DNA of 63,740 bases, the filler included, from Stramenopiles sp. TOSAG23-6 (Eukaryota): NCBI GenBank assembly GCA_900128565.1. It is 12 parts of 12 records of this genome, joined end to end, with 100 filler letters (N's around TTAATTAATTAA, not from the genome) between each part and the next. Parts side by side here need not be neighbours in the genome. Positions count along the whole stretch, not along the records: positions 37,324 to 42,537 come from LT636953.1; positions 42,638 to 47,848 come from LT636954.1; positions 47,949 to 53,151 come from LT636955.1; 9 more parts are not named here. One strand, 5' to 3'. Below the pieces are notes generated by a model. The model did no database searches, had not been told where the DNA came from, and saw only the letters and a program-made list of their open reading frames with translations. The first letter of the stretch is position 1; each line of letters begins with the position of its first letter. The position numbers and the translations under genes are program-made. Below, one piece after another: positions 37,389 through 48,942 of this stretch.

Positions 37389-38303
37389 ATTGTGAATTTG
37401 ACGAAGGCGAAGAAGTTGAAGAATTTTTCTAACCTTTGGTGAAACGCCAATGATACCACGAATACGAATCACAAATGCGATTTTAGGTTCAGGTTCCAAG
37501 AAAAAGTTTCCAGATGCCTTTGCGATACGACGAAAACGGATTAAAGATTTCTCCTCAGTGCGGTATTCTTTAATGTATTTCTCAGCAGATTTAAACATGG
37601 TACGGCGTTTGGCTTTGTTGTTTTTCTTGAAAGCAACCTTTGCAGCAGCGCGCTCTGTTGCGAGTTTATCATCGCGGCGGCGTTTCTTAAGAAGAGTTTC
37701 TGGGATACTGTTCGGTTAGGTTTTATAAAAGTCGTAAGTGTTTCAGGTTAGAATGAGTTAAATACATAGGGGGAAAAAGGGGAAAAATCAATACATCAAT
37801 ACTGCAGACTAAAAGTAGACTACATATAATGTTGTAATACTAAGAATATAATGACTTCAGGGACACGAGTTGGTTATGAACCACTCAAGTCATATACTTT
37901 ACTGGAGTATGTCTGATACGCAATACACACAGCATTTGTTTGGTGGCCAGAAATGAGCGCGTTGCTATTCTGGATATAATTGACGAGAGTTTGATAATGA
38001 TACACATTAGTCACACACATCGCATGTCGCATGCTCATAGTATACTATAAATACTATGAGAAGCATGTTCTTCACCGGCTTGATTCAAGGTGATTCAGCC
38101 TAAATATGAAATTGAACGGAAGGAAACATGGTTGGTGTCAAAAGACTCCAAAATTTGTACATCCTACACGTCATATCCTCAAATGCTTTGCTGTGACAAT
38201 TCTTTTAAAGAGATAGACACATACGAAGCACTGAGATGGGATCTATATAATAGGGGATATAATTGAAAGATCCAAAGTGATCAAATTATACCTACGTTGA
38301 CAT
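37389..38303 (-). CDS. RPL7: 60S ribosomal protein L7 (uL30), 5' part; canonical 588-nt intron 37708-38295; family insert starts at 37388
   Basis: MST-IPETLLKKR...AFVIRIRGIIGVSPKVRKILQLLRLRQIHN. Confidence 0.95.
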
Positions 38304-38646
38304 TGTTTTAGAGAGTTATATCAAATCACGATTAACAATACAGAAACACAGAAGAAAACGAGACAGAGCCACACGAGACGGACAAGCACATGCGCGTCTT
38401 TTTGGACTGACTGGTTCCAGAATTTTAGTACAACATTTTCGTAGTAATTTCTTGAGATTTTGGTATTACCCGGTAACGCTACACATTCACATAAAATTCA
38501 GCGTTTTTGAGATTCATTTTCATTTCTTTCATTTCGGTCAGTTATTTCCTAATTAAATTATATTCGAATCAGCTCTCTCTTGATGAAATACCCAAAGCAC
38601 TAATGGTATCCTACGTCCATTTATTACCACATTGACATAATTGAAG

Positions 38647-38988
38647 ATGTATGTATTCTGTACAAGGTTCGCTGTCCAGCGTATTGTCCAGACGTATCAC
38701 TTGAGTCGACTCCAATCAACGACAACATTATTAGAGTTGCCTCGTGATACGCTTGTCATTTTTACTAGTGAAGTTTGCACCTTGTGTGAACCTGTAAAAT
38801 ATACTGCGAAACGAGTTGCAAAAAGATGTTCTGTGGGTTATATAGAGATTGATATCAAAGCCCAAGGAAATGTCAAATACAATGAATTATTCAAAAATGA
38901 TATACCTGTTGTCTACTGGAATAGCCAGGAGATAGCGAGGCATCGAGTTGAGGAACAATTATTGTTGAAAAAAATTAGACAATACTGA
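38647..38988 (+). CDS. Glutaredoxin-like protein (DUF836 type), probable mitochondrial presequence
   Basis: FTSEVCTLCE; EIDI; DIPVV; HRV. Confidence 0.8.
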   Translation: MYVFCTRFAVQRIVQTYHLSRLQSTTTLLELPRDTLVIFTSEVCTLCEPVKYTAKRVAKRCSVGYIEIDIKAQGNVKYNELFKNDIPVVYWNSQEIARHRVEEQLLLKKIRQY

Positions 38989-39301
38989 AAACAAAACAGA
39001 AAAGATATACCATCCTACATACCAAACGATGCTTGGTTCATTTTAGATTACAATCTTGTACAATTAGATTATTTCTTCAAGAATAAAATTCAAAAAAAAA
39101 CACATTTTTAATGATTTAAAATTTCTTCAAAAGAAAAAAAACACATTTTTACACCTCACCCCAACCCTAACCTTAAAACATATAAATGTACTTACACTTC
39201 ACTTCACCCTATAAATTCCACTCTATTGTATAATTGTATACACACAGTCTGTACTTGTTTTTTCTTTAGAATGTATCAATGTTCATTTTTGAATTGGTTT
39301 G

Positions 39302-39715
39302 TTAAGTTTCAGTTTTCATCGAATCGCCAAAGACTTTCAAATTTTCACTTTTTTTTTCACCATTGTTGTCAATCTTGTTTTCAATCTTGTTGTCAATCTT
39401 GTTTTCTTGAATGTCATCAGCAGAAAAATACAACTCAGCACAACGACCATTAAAGATTGGGTCTGTATTTTGGAAAATATTTCAAAAAAAAAATTGAAAA
39501 TTTGTTAGGTACAAAATTTCGTACGAAAAAAAAATTCAAGTTTTCAAAAAAATAAAATAAAAGATACCCGGTAAATTCTTCCAGCCACTTACGCCACCTA
39601 ATGCAATCGTTTCGTCTTCAGTCATTAAAGCATCATTGAGTTTTCTATGTATATTTTCTTTATCCAACAAAACACCAATAAAAACAATCTCATTCAATCG
39701 ATCTCCCCATGTCTC
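39302..39715 (-). CDS. CobW/COG0523 GTPase, C-terminal exons; intron 39463-39567 (GT...AG)
   Basis: WGDRLNEIVFIG...LNDALMTEDE...WKNLPDPIF. Confidence 0.8.
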
Positions 39716-39824
39716 ATGTATTTTAAAAAAATATTTCAAAAAATAAATTTGAAAATTTGTTAGGTACAAAATTTCGTACGAAAAAAAAAATCGATTTTTT
39801 TGTAAAAAAAAAAATAAAACGTAC

Positions 39825-40811
39825 ATTTACCCGCTTCAACTTCAAGTATCCAACCAGCAACGTTATCCAAAAAATATCGGTCATGAGTAATTGCCACAAC
39901 AGTGCCTTTATATGTATGTAAGTATTGTTCCAACCAAGCGACGGAACGTTCATCTAAGTGATTTGTCGGCTCATCTAACAGACAGTATTGTGAAAAAATA
40001 TTTGTTTTTTGGTTTACAAAAATTCGTTAGGTACAAATTTTGGTACGAAAAAAAAATAAAAGTCAATTTTGAAAACCTACAGCATTTCTGGTCGTTCTAG
40101 TAACAAACGGGCCAGAGCTACGCGACGCTTTTCTCCTCCAGAGAGGTTTGCAGGTTTCGCATCATCTGGTGGACAGTTTAGTGCATTCATGACAAGATCG
40201 ACATCGTGTTTCATATTCCAACAATCTAAATCATCAATCCGAGACTGTAAGCTACCTTGCTCTTCAAGTAATTTATCAAAGTCAGCTTCTGGGTCACACA
40301 TGGCTTCGTTACAGGCGTCATATTTAGCCAAAAGATCGGTTTGTTCTTTGATACCATCCATTACGTTTTCGAGACAGCTTTTATCCTCATCTAATATAGG
40401 CTCCTGTTCGAGATATCCAATCTTCAAGTCTTTTTTACGCCAGACTGTACCATCATAATCTTTATCCGTTCCAGCAATGATTCGAAGGAGAGAAGATTTA
40501 CCAGCACCATTTGGTCCTAAAATTCCAATTTTTGCACCATGGAAGAAGGATAAATTCGCCTTATCAAAAATGACTCGACCTCCTGGAAGAACCTTTCGAA
40601 CATCAGTGATTGACGCAGAAAAGACACCCGGTGTACCACCCCCCTGGTTAGACGGTGTAGATTGACCTTTCCCAGTTTTTTTTTTTTTACGCTTTGAAGC
40701 AAAGGAACGAGTACTGTATTTACCTGGTGTATATTGTTGGACAGAATTCTTGATGTATTTATTGGGCTGTATACGTCGTACTACACGTAAGCATGTAGAG
40801 AAATGCCACAT
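39825..40811 (-). CDS. ettA: ABC-F translation factor, EttA-like, N-terminal half; intron 39983-40080
   Basis: [62 protein letters not shown]. Confidence 0.9.
39983..40080 (-). mobile_element. Introner-like intron GT...TG, within the Walker B motif
   Basis: ATG CT|GTAGGT...CACAATAC-TG|T CTG TTA GAT GAG. Confidence 0.85.
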
Positions 40812-41069
40812 GTATTTGGACTGTACTATATATTATCTAAATGGTTTTGATATACAGTGTACACTGACAGAAATGAAGAGTAGGTAGTACCACGTGTCAC
40901 ATGTCTGACCGTCTGTCTGCCATTTTTTTTTTTTGATGTTTGAGTCATTAATCGTTGCCTCACCTGCATTATTGCTTATCCAAATGCAATTTCTAATCTG
41001 ATGACTCATATTTTCCCTACAACTAATACACGAGATTGATCAATAGATCATCACATCTTATATTTTTAA

Positions 41070-41985
41070 ATGACTGTCAAATTTGAAGCAGTAAATGCAG
41101 TCGAAAGAGTCTGGAACTCAGGAACGAGAGATGATAGCGATGTATTTACTACCCTTAAGAAAATTGGATTTACCAAACTAGAAATTATGAAAGCTCTTAT
41201 TGAAGCTCGCCGTAGAAAGTTTGTAGTTGATTCGTCAGATGAAGATCCATCAGATAGCAGTATTGACGATTCACTTGATAGTGAAGAAATAATTATACGT
41301 AAAGCAATTGCAACTGGCTTGCCTTTGTTATCCGAGTTGCGCTGTAAAGGTGTTTCTCCCCTGATGTATTCTGCTTCAACATGTAATGAAAAATTAGGTC
41401 TTCGAGTTTTAGAAACAGCTCTTCGACAAATCCCTCAAGGATATCCTGACCCCAATGGTGGCGATTTGGCTGATTTTGGGTATACTCCACTTCATTATGC
41501 TTGTCAGCATGGTATGAGTGAGTTGACTTCTGCTCTGTTAAGGGCAAATGCAAACGTGTATTGCGTTACTTTTGATATTCGGCTACAACTTACCATTGTT
41601 CAAAGTGGTGGAAAGACACCACTTCATCTTGCTGCCAAGGGATTCCATTATAATATATGTTCATCACTTCTTCATTATGCTAACGCTAACCCTAAATTAG
41701 AGAATGACATTCAGTATACTCCAACTTTGTTACATACAAAATTTGCTACAAATGTTGATTCTAATAGAACTTCATTATTAACAATGACAGATATTGATGG
41801 AAATACACCATATGTATTAGTATTAATGTCAATCGCACAAAAGTGTTCAACATACTCTCAAAATTATGAAATGTTTGAATCATATAAAGCTGAAGTTTCA
41901 TCACTTTTGAATCTTTTACAACATCCCTTCAAAAAGTTGCCGAAATATATTATAAAAATGAGTGATACATTGAAACATTCACCTT
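41070..41985 (+). CDS. Ankyrin repeat protein, first exon
   Basis: GYTPLHYAC; GKTPLHLAA; DGNTP. Confidence 0.85.
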
Positions 41986-42084
41986 GTATGTTTTATTTTT
42001 TTTTTTACAAAAAAATCGAGTTTTTTTTTTCGTACGAAATTTTGTACCTAACATTTTTTTAATAAATATTTTTTCACAGTACAT

Positions 42085-42485
42085 GAATGGTCTGCTAATG
42101 CGGAACGCGAACAGCGAAATGCCAAGAAGAAATTAGTTTTATCTCACAATGAAGAATTAAAACATGTCACGGAAAACCAAGAGATGAAATATAAATCCAT
42201 CATAGAAGACATCAAATCAAGAAATGTAAAAGATATGTACGTTTTAAAAAAGTGAATTTCAAGTTTTTTTTTCATACGAAATTTCATACCTAACAAATAT
42301 TTTAATTTTTTTGAAATATTTTTCACTCACACATTGAAAAGTTAGAATTGGAGATGGAAGAATGGAAGGCAATGTATGATAAAACTGTTGATGAACATTC
42401 AATTAAAATACGTGAATTGAATAGATCTAATACGGCATTAATTGCTCAAATTAAAGAAGGTCATGAAAAAGGGTTTCATAAGCAT
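42085..42485 (+). CDS. Coiled-coil protein exons; intron 42237-42334 (GT...AT)
   Basis: Junction VKDI-EKLELE in frame; the join to the ankyrin exon breaks the family phase rule. Confidence 0.6.
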
Positions 42486-42637
42486 GTATGTTTTATTTTT
42501 TTTTCAATTTCCAATTTATTTTTCGTACGAAATTTTGNNNNNNNNNNNNNNNNNNNNNNNNNNNNNNNNNNNNNNNNNNNNTTAATTAATTAANNNNNNN
42601 NNNNNNNNNNNNNNNNNNNNNNNNNNNNNNNNNNNNN

Positions 42638-45600
42638 TTTCAAATTATAAAACATATTTTCTTCAAANGCATGCTCGATCGGAACGAATGAAACAAATCA
42701 ATAAGGCAATAAAAGAGCAAAGAAAAGCCATGATTAGGGAGGAGAATATGTACGTCTTTATTGTGAATTTTTTATCTAAATGTTTTTTAAAAACATTTTG
42801 TACCTAACGAGTTTCGAATTTAATTTTTTTTCACAATACATCCGTCGTGATAAATGGAAAAATAATTTAACATTAGAAAGGGACATCACACCTGGTCCAG
42901 GAAAATATTCTTTGCCCGATCTTACTACACAAGTAGCAGGTGGGACTTGGTCTCGAACCGCAGTAAAGAGTGAATTTGAAGAAATTGAATATCGAGGTAG
43001 AAATATTCCTGGTCCTGGCCATTATGGAATGTTAAAGTCATGTATTGAACCAAAAGGGGGAATTATTGCTAGAAGATGTCCAGGTCAATTGGATATCATG
43101 TTAAAACGAGCAGCTGAGACACCAGGTCCTGGTCAGTATCAGCCAAGAGAGATTGAAAGTAATAANCCTCAAGCTTTTGCTAAATTTAAAACTCCAGGAA
43201 TGTTAGATCAAGCCATTAGAAACTCAAGAGATGTCCCCGGNCCAGGAATGTACCAAACTTCGGATATGCCAACAGCAAAAGCAAAGGAAGTNTTACGAAT
43301 GAAAGCAGCAACTAGACAAATAGTACAATCTGCTTTAAAGAAAAATGGTAGGGGACGTCGGCGTCCTAGTACTGCCGCTTATTAGTAAATATAGTATTCT
43401 TGTTACATATAACTTTCTTTTTTATATGATATGATATGACATAATAAAACACAGATAATAAAAATGAATCANAAAAAACGATTTTTTAAAAGTATTTTAT
43501 TTTTGAGATGTAGAGAAATCTTCAAACTTGGACTTTAGGGTTAGTATCATCATTATTTACTTCTTTGGAAGGTGTTACCGCCGCTACCTTCTTTGCATCA
43601 TTCAACATTTTTGCAATTCTCTCTTCTGATGTTAAGCGCGAGATTTCTATCGTTTCAGGTTTCATTTTCCTTCGATATTGTAATCTTTTTTCAATCCGTT
43701 TTGGAATGCTATTTTCATCGATACAATGCTTCATATTGATTATATTACCTCTGCGTTGTGCTGCTGAAAACAATCTTGACATATGCGCTTGCATCATTGT
43801 TATTCGTTGTTTATTTGCCTTATGAGAAGATCGAGCGCGAGTTCCAGGTCGCGAACCTTTTTTAGTGAATGAAGCTTGGTCAAGAGGAGACCACCCACGG
43901 AGAGTGATTTCTACATCCAATTTCGGCCACCTTTGTTCGAATTGAGGGAGAGGATCAAGCATATCTTTTGTTGGAAGAATTGCTAACGTCTGCTTCTTNG
44001 TGACAGCTATGCGCGTTTCAGACACGCGGCGTATTGGTTCTGTAACTATGTTGTGCCACTCTTTATCAGCAGCATCTTGACCGCGTTGTTTAAATATACG
44101 ATCATATCTTTGTTCTGCCGTTGAAACTTTCATTGCTGAAACTGCCATTAGTGCTGCTATTTTATTACCATGACCAGCTGTATAAGATGCTCGTACTGCA
44201 TCTCTTTGTTTCGGTTGCATTTTNGTAGAATTCTTACTATATCTTTTCATAATTGGATCTATTTTAGCCATATAAGCATCAATTTCTTTATCACCTATAA
44301 TATTTGTTTTTGGTCTCCAAATAATACCGTCTAGTTCATTTGCGAGTTTTTGTAGTGCTTCTTTCTTTTCTGCTTTTAATTTTAATTGTTCTTCGTTTTT
44401 TTCTGCATCTGNTATTCCCAAAGATTTTGACGCCTTTTGGTCCCATGCTTCTTGTGCTGCATTAGCCAATTCGCTTAGTTTTAGTGTAGCTATACCCATT
44501 TTTAGTCCTTTTTTTCCTTGCGGTTGCATTAATCGGAATTCGAAAGTAATATTTTCAAGTCGAGATTTCAACTTATTACTATAGACAACAAAGGATTCAT
44601 TCCAAAGAATGTTGTTATTGATATCTNTCAAATTAGTCATTGGAGATATCCTTGTTTTATGCTCGATTTTTTTGTGGCCTAATAATACTGTATGAATATA
44701 CGGCGAACTAAATGGATTTGTTGTCTCTGTTTCTGGGTTTTGATCATGACCATACAAATTTGACGCTGATCTGATTTTTATCCATAATTCAAATCCTTTT
44801 TCACTCGGTGTTGTCCCATCGAATAGTCGCTCACGGCTTAACCCTTCCCGGTGTTTCATTCGGTCATAGTATGACATTCCTCTTCGCTCAGCTTCAATTT
44901 TATATTTTGGTTTATCCTCAACTGACATCCTAAGACAGTTCTGTCGCGCACGCTTTCGGTTTAACTTTAATATATGTAAGTGTCCCCTCCTGTATTCATC
45001 TACTTTTCTAAGACGTAACTTTTTAGCTCTTACTAATGCAAATGCTTGGTCTTCTTGGAAACGCAAGTCANACACTGTTTTTTCCATTTTCTCATGTTTT
45101 TCTTTTTCCATGTTTAACTCTGCTTCCAACTTTTTATACCGTTTAAAAATTTTATCTTTCAAATGAACTTTTTTATCCAAGTGTACATTTTCAGACTTAA
45201 GTTCTTCNAGTATATGTTCGAGTATTCCAATGTCATCATGGTAGTCTATCTTCTTTTGTCTTAGTTCCATCTCTTCCTGATTTAATTTCTTAATTTCTTC
45301 TGCAGTTGCTAGATATCCTTCTTGTTGCGTATTAAATCGTAATTTACTTTTCAACATTCTTTTTTCAGCTATTGTTGTGTTTTTCTCTTCTTTAATTCTT
45401 GTTTGAACAGATAAATCAAGTTTCTCCTTGAGTCTCTTCAACTCAGTATCCAAGGCNAAAGAGTCAGCAAGCATTTTTTGTTTNGTTTTTTCATCCTCGA
45501 GACCTACTTTCTCGGCTCGCCGTACAGTAGATGAAAATGGCACTTTTTTTCCATTTTCATTTGTGTAAATATATGAATCCAATGTTTGCTGCAATACTTT

Positions 45601-47848
45601 CCTAAATAGTTCTTGACTATTTTTTTCATTCGGTGATAAGTATTGTGAAAAAATATTTTTTTTAGTAAAAAAATCGTTAGGTACAACATTTCGTATGAAA
45701 ACAAAATTTGAAATGGTTAAAAAAAANTCAATTTTGAAAACGTACAAACAGTTTTCTATATAATAACTTAAAAAGTCGAAACATGCTAGAGTTCGTGCTA
45801 TAGCTTCGTTCTCGCTCGACAAATCATTTTCATATGTTTTGCAGTATTCAATGGTGTCTCCGAGTGAAGTTGTCTCTGATAATAAAGACGATTTCAAAGA
45901 ACATTTGACTATGCCTTCTTTTTTTCTTCGTTCTGAACGTAAAGTTTTAGTACCAATATANGGAAAGTCNTTATAATTATTTTCTAAAACATCTGAAGAA
46001 ATATTTAGATTTTGTGAATGAGGTTCCTTTAAAGGTATCTTTAAAGGTATCTTTAAAGGTATCTTTAAATCTTGAAACCTTGATTTCAAAAATGTGTGAA
46101 ATGTTTTTAATAAATCTTCATCTGGTGGAAGATACTGCCATACAGGTACTTCATCTTCTCTTGGACGCTGATTATTTACNGCATTTGATGTATTCGAAGG
46201 AAGTGAACGATTCAAAAATGATTTCCCCCATTCCAAACGTTTTTCTAGTGTATTTAAAACAGGTTCTCGAAGTTTTGGCTTCACTGGAAGTGAATGTCCA
46301 AGAGCTTGGCGAACTACAAAAGCAGCTGGAGCTGAATTAGTAGAAGTATTGTCTGTTTTTTTGCGAGATGCACTTCTACGAGCAGCAGATTTTGTAGCGT
46401 CTGAATCGATCAGATTTCCTGATGATTCTGTGCGTATACTTGGTAGGCGAAGCATTTTACTCAATGAACTATTTCTCCTGGACCCATTTTTAGTTTAAAA
46501 GCTTTATAGTTGTATAAGTAACTACCTCACAGAAGTAGTTGTTATAAACGATATATAAGTGTAACTGTGATCAATACCAGGCCAGGGTCCGTTTTTTAGA
46601 GAGCGAGTTTTTTTGAATCGAACAAAAGTCGAAGGTGTATCCTTTGTATCCGCTTACTCTCTTCGGGATCTTTTGAGAGGAACGGTACAAAGAAGCTTCT
46701 AATTGTTGATAAAGATTGGATTCCAAAAGAGCCATATCTTGCCAAGTATGGAAAAAATACATGTAAAAATGCCTAAAATGCCTCTGGTCAAGAAGAATCC
46801 TCATAGCNATCTTCTACGCTCAAGCCTTTTTCTCGCAATTCTTGGAGTCTTTGCNGTCACTTTGACTTTTCACTCATTCTCTCCGAGTACGGCCGATAGC
46901 TCTTCAGCTGGTCTTCGTCGGCTTGAATCCACTACAGAACTTACTTCGGGTGTTACTCTCACTACGGAAGTTACTTCGGATGTTGCCGCTTCAGTCGTAA
47001 GGCAGACTGACTCAGACTTTGCATGTCCTTCGGGGTCATCGGTCGCTCTCGATGTTACACTCACTTCAACGTCGACCGTTTCACAGAAAAAATTGCAGAA
47101 TTGTTCCTCTATAATAAGCCTGACAATAACATCAAGCACACTTACCAAAATTGACAAGAAAGCGTTTAAAAATTGCTCGAATTTGGAAAGCGTTGATTTA
47201 TCTGGATGCACTTCNCTTAAAAAGATTAAAAAAAAGGCATTTAAAGGTTGCGGTAAGCTTAGCGACTTTCAATTCCCTGGATCTCTTACAGGAGTATCAA
47301 AGTATGCTTTTGACGATACTTGTTTTGAAGGCGAGGACGACACAGCTAAATTAAATGACGCCGTATTTGTTGATTGCCAAGAATACGTTGCGACTGTGAC
47401 TCCGGCACCAACACCTGCACCAACTGCAGCGCCAACACCTGCACCAACTGCAGCGCCAACACCAGCACCAACTGCAGCGCCAACTGCAGCACCAACATCA
47501 ATAACTTGCGACAAGGGCGAGTATGCAGAAAATGGTGAGTGTAATGAGTGTGGTGCTGGTAAGTACTCATCTTCATCTGGTGCAAGCAAATGCACAGATT
47601 GTCCAGCGGGAGCGTACAGCGACGAAGGTGCAAGTGAGTGTGATCTTTGTCCGGCAGGAACGGCAAACATCTCGACTGGTGGCCATGCAAGTGATTGTGA
47701 AGAATGTGCTATAGGAAAATACAGTAGTTCAGCTGGAGCTTCTGTCTGTACTGATTGTTCTACTGTGACAACAACAGGCGCTACTTCCTGTCCTTGCGAC
47801 ATGGGCGAGTATGCAAGTAGTAATGGTGAATGTAACAAGTGTAATGCT
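42638..47848. repeat. Redundant copy of the contig starting at 5350 (offset 37288)
   Basis: Same sequence, including the positions of single N bases. Confidence 0.97.
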
Positions 47849-48002
47849 NNNNNNNNNNNNNNNNNNNNNNNNNNNNNNNNNNNNNNNNNNNNTTAATTAA
47901 TTAANNNNNNNNNNNNNNNNNNNNNNNNNNNNNNNNNNNNNNNNNNNNTTGTACCTAACAAATTTAAGTTTTTTTTTTTTGAAATATTTTTCCAAAATAC
48001 AT

Positions 48003-48802
48003 GGGATACCGAATATTCGGAAATGTTGAATAGAAACATGAGATGGCAAGATCGTGCTAAATTTAATGTGTCCAAAAAAATGATTCAACGAAAGCTACAA
48101 GAACGCTCTGGTGATTATCTATCAAATGATCAAAATCCTAACCCTAATAGATCTGATGATGGAAAAAATAGGAAGGAAATAAGTCCTTCAATTAAAAAAA
48201 ACAATATTGCCGATGAACTCAAGAAACGCACTGATAGGTTTGATAGTAACCTTGTACAGCCGCGGTGTAAACATTGTGGTCAATCGTGTACGTTTTCATC
48301 ATGAATTTCGAGTTTTTTTTTCGTACGAAATTTTGTACCTAACAAAAAAAACAATTTCATCCAAGTTTCGTAACAAACCTGACGAATATCAAATTGTAAA
48401 CATATTTTTCACAGTGCATTATTTCTTCCTGAAATGGTGCGATCAGGCACATCTGGAATGCAATGGCTCTTTCAGCAAAAGCCTATTATGAACCAATGTC
48501 CAAATAGTTTTTGTAAAAAGGCATTACCACGATGTTCTGTTTGTTTGCTCAGTATGGGCTCTATCAACCCAACTGTTGCCATCACTGCTTCTGGTAAGAA
48601 TCGAAAAGGAATAAACACAAACATAGATTCAGATGTTTCAATGCCAAGGCTTAATTTTGGAGATTGGTGGACTTGGTGCCAAAGTTGCGGACATGGTGGC
48701 CATGCTGGGCATCTTGCTTCGTGGTTCGATAGTCATGTAACTTGTCCTGTGAGTGATTGTGGTTGCAATTGCTTATTGCGGGATTATAGANCTTTACGGT
48801 GA
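48003..48802 (+). CDS. MIOS: GATOR2 subunit MIOS/Sea4-like, C-terminus; intron 48288-48419 (GT...AT)
   Basis: WQDRAKFNV; CKHCGQSL; CKKALPRCSVCL; WWTWCQSCGHGGHAGHLASWF...CPVSDCGCNC. Confidence 0.9.
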
Positions 48803-48942
48803 CAATATTAGCAATTGTTTATTTCGGGATTATAGAGTTTTACAATATTAGGTTATATAAAATATTAAATGAAATAGAAAGTTACAAAATTCCTGTGAAA
48901 TTTATTTTTTATTTTTATTAGGGAAAATAATAAGTCACTTNG

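Noticed and set aside
39560-39567. GTATCTTT donor as a U12 site
   Set aside because: A one-base variant of the family GTATGTTT, with an otherwise typical family body.
40077-40080. Stop-codon reassignment to explain broken ORFs
   Set aside because: The premature stops fall inside the inserts; histones, dynein and other genes end at normal stops and long ORFs are stop-free.
42638-47848. Recent segmental duplication
   Set aside because: Identical down to ambiguous N positions and the contig start; a redundant contig.
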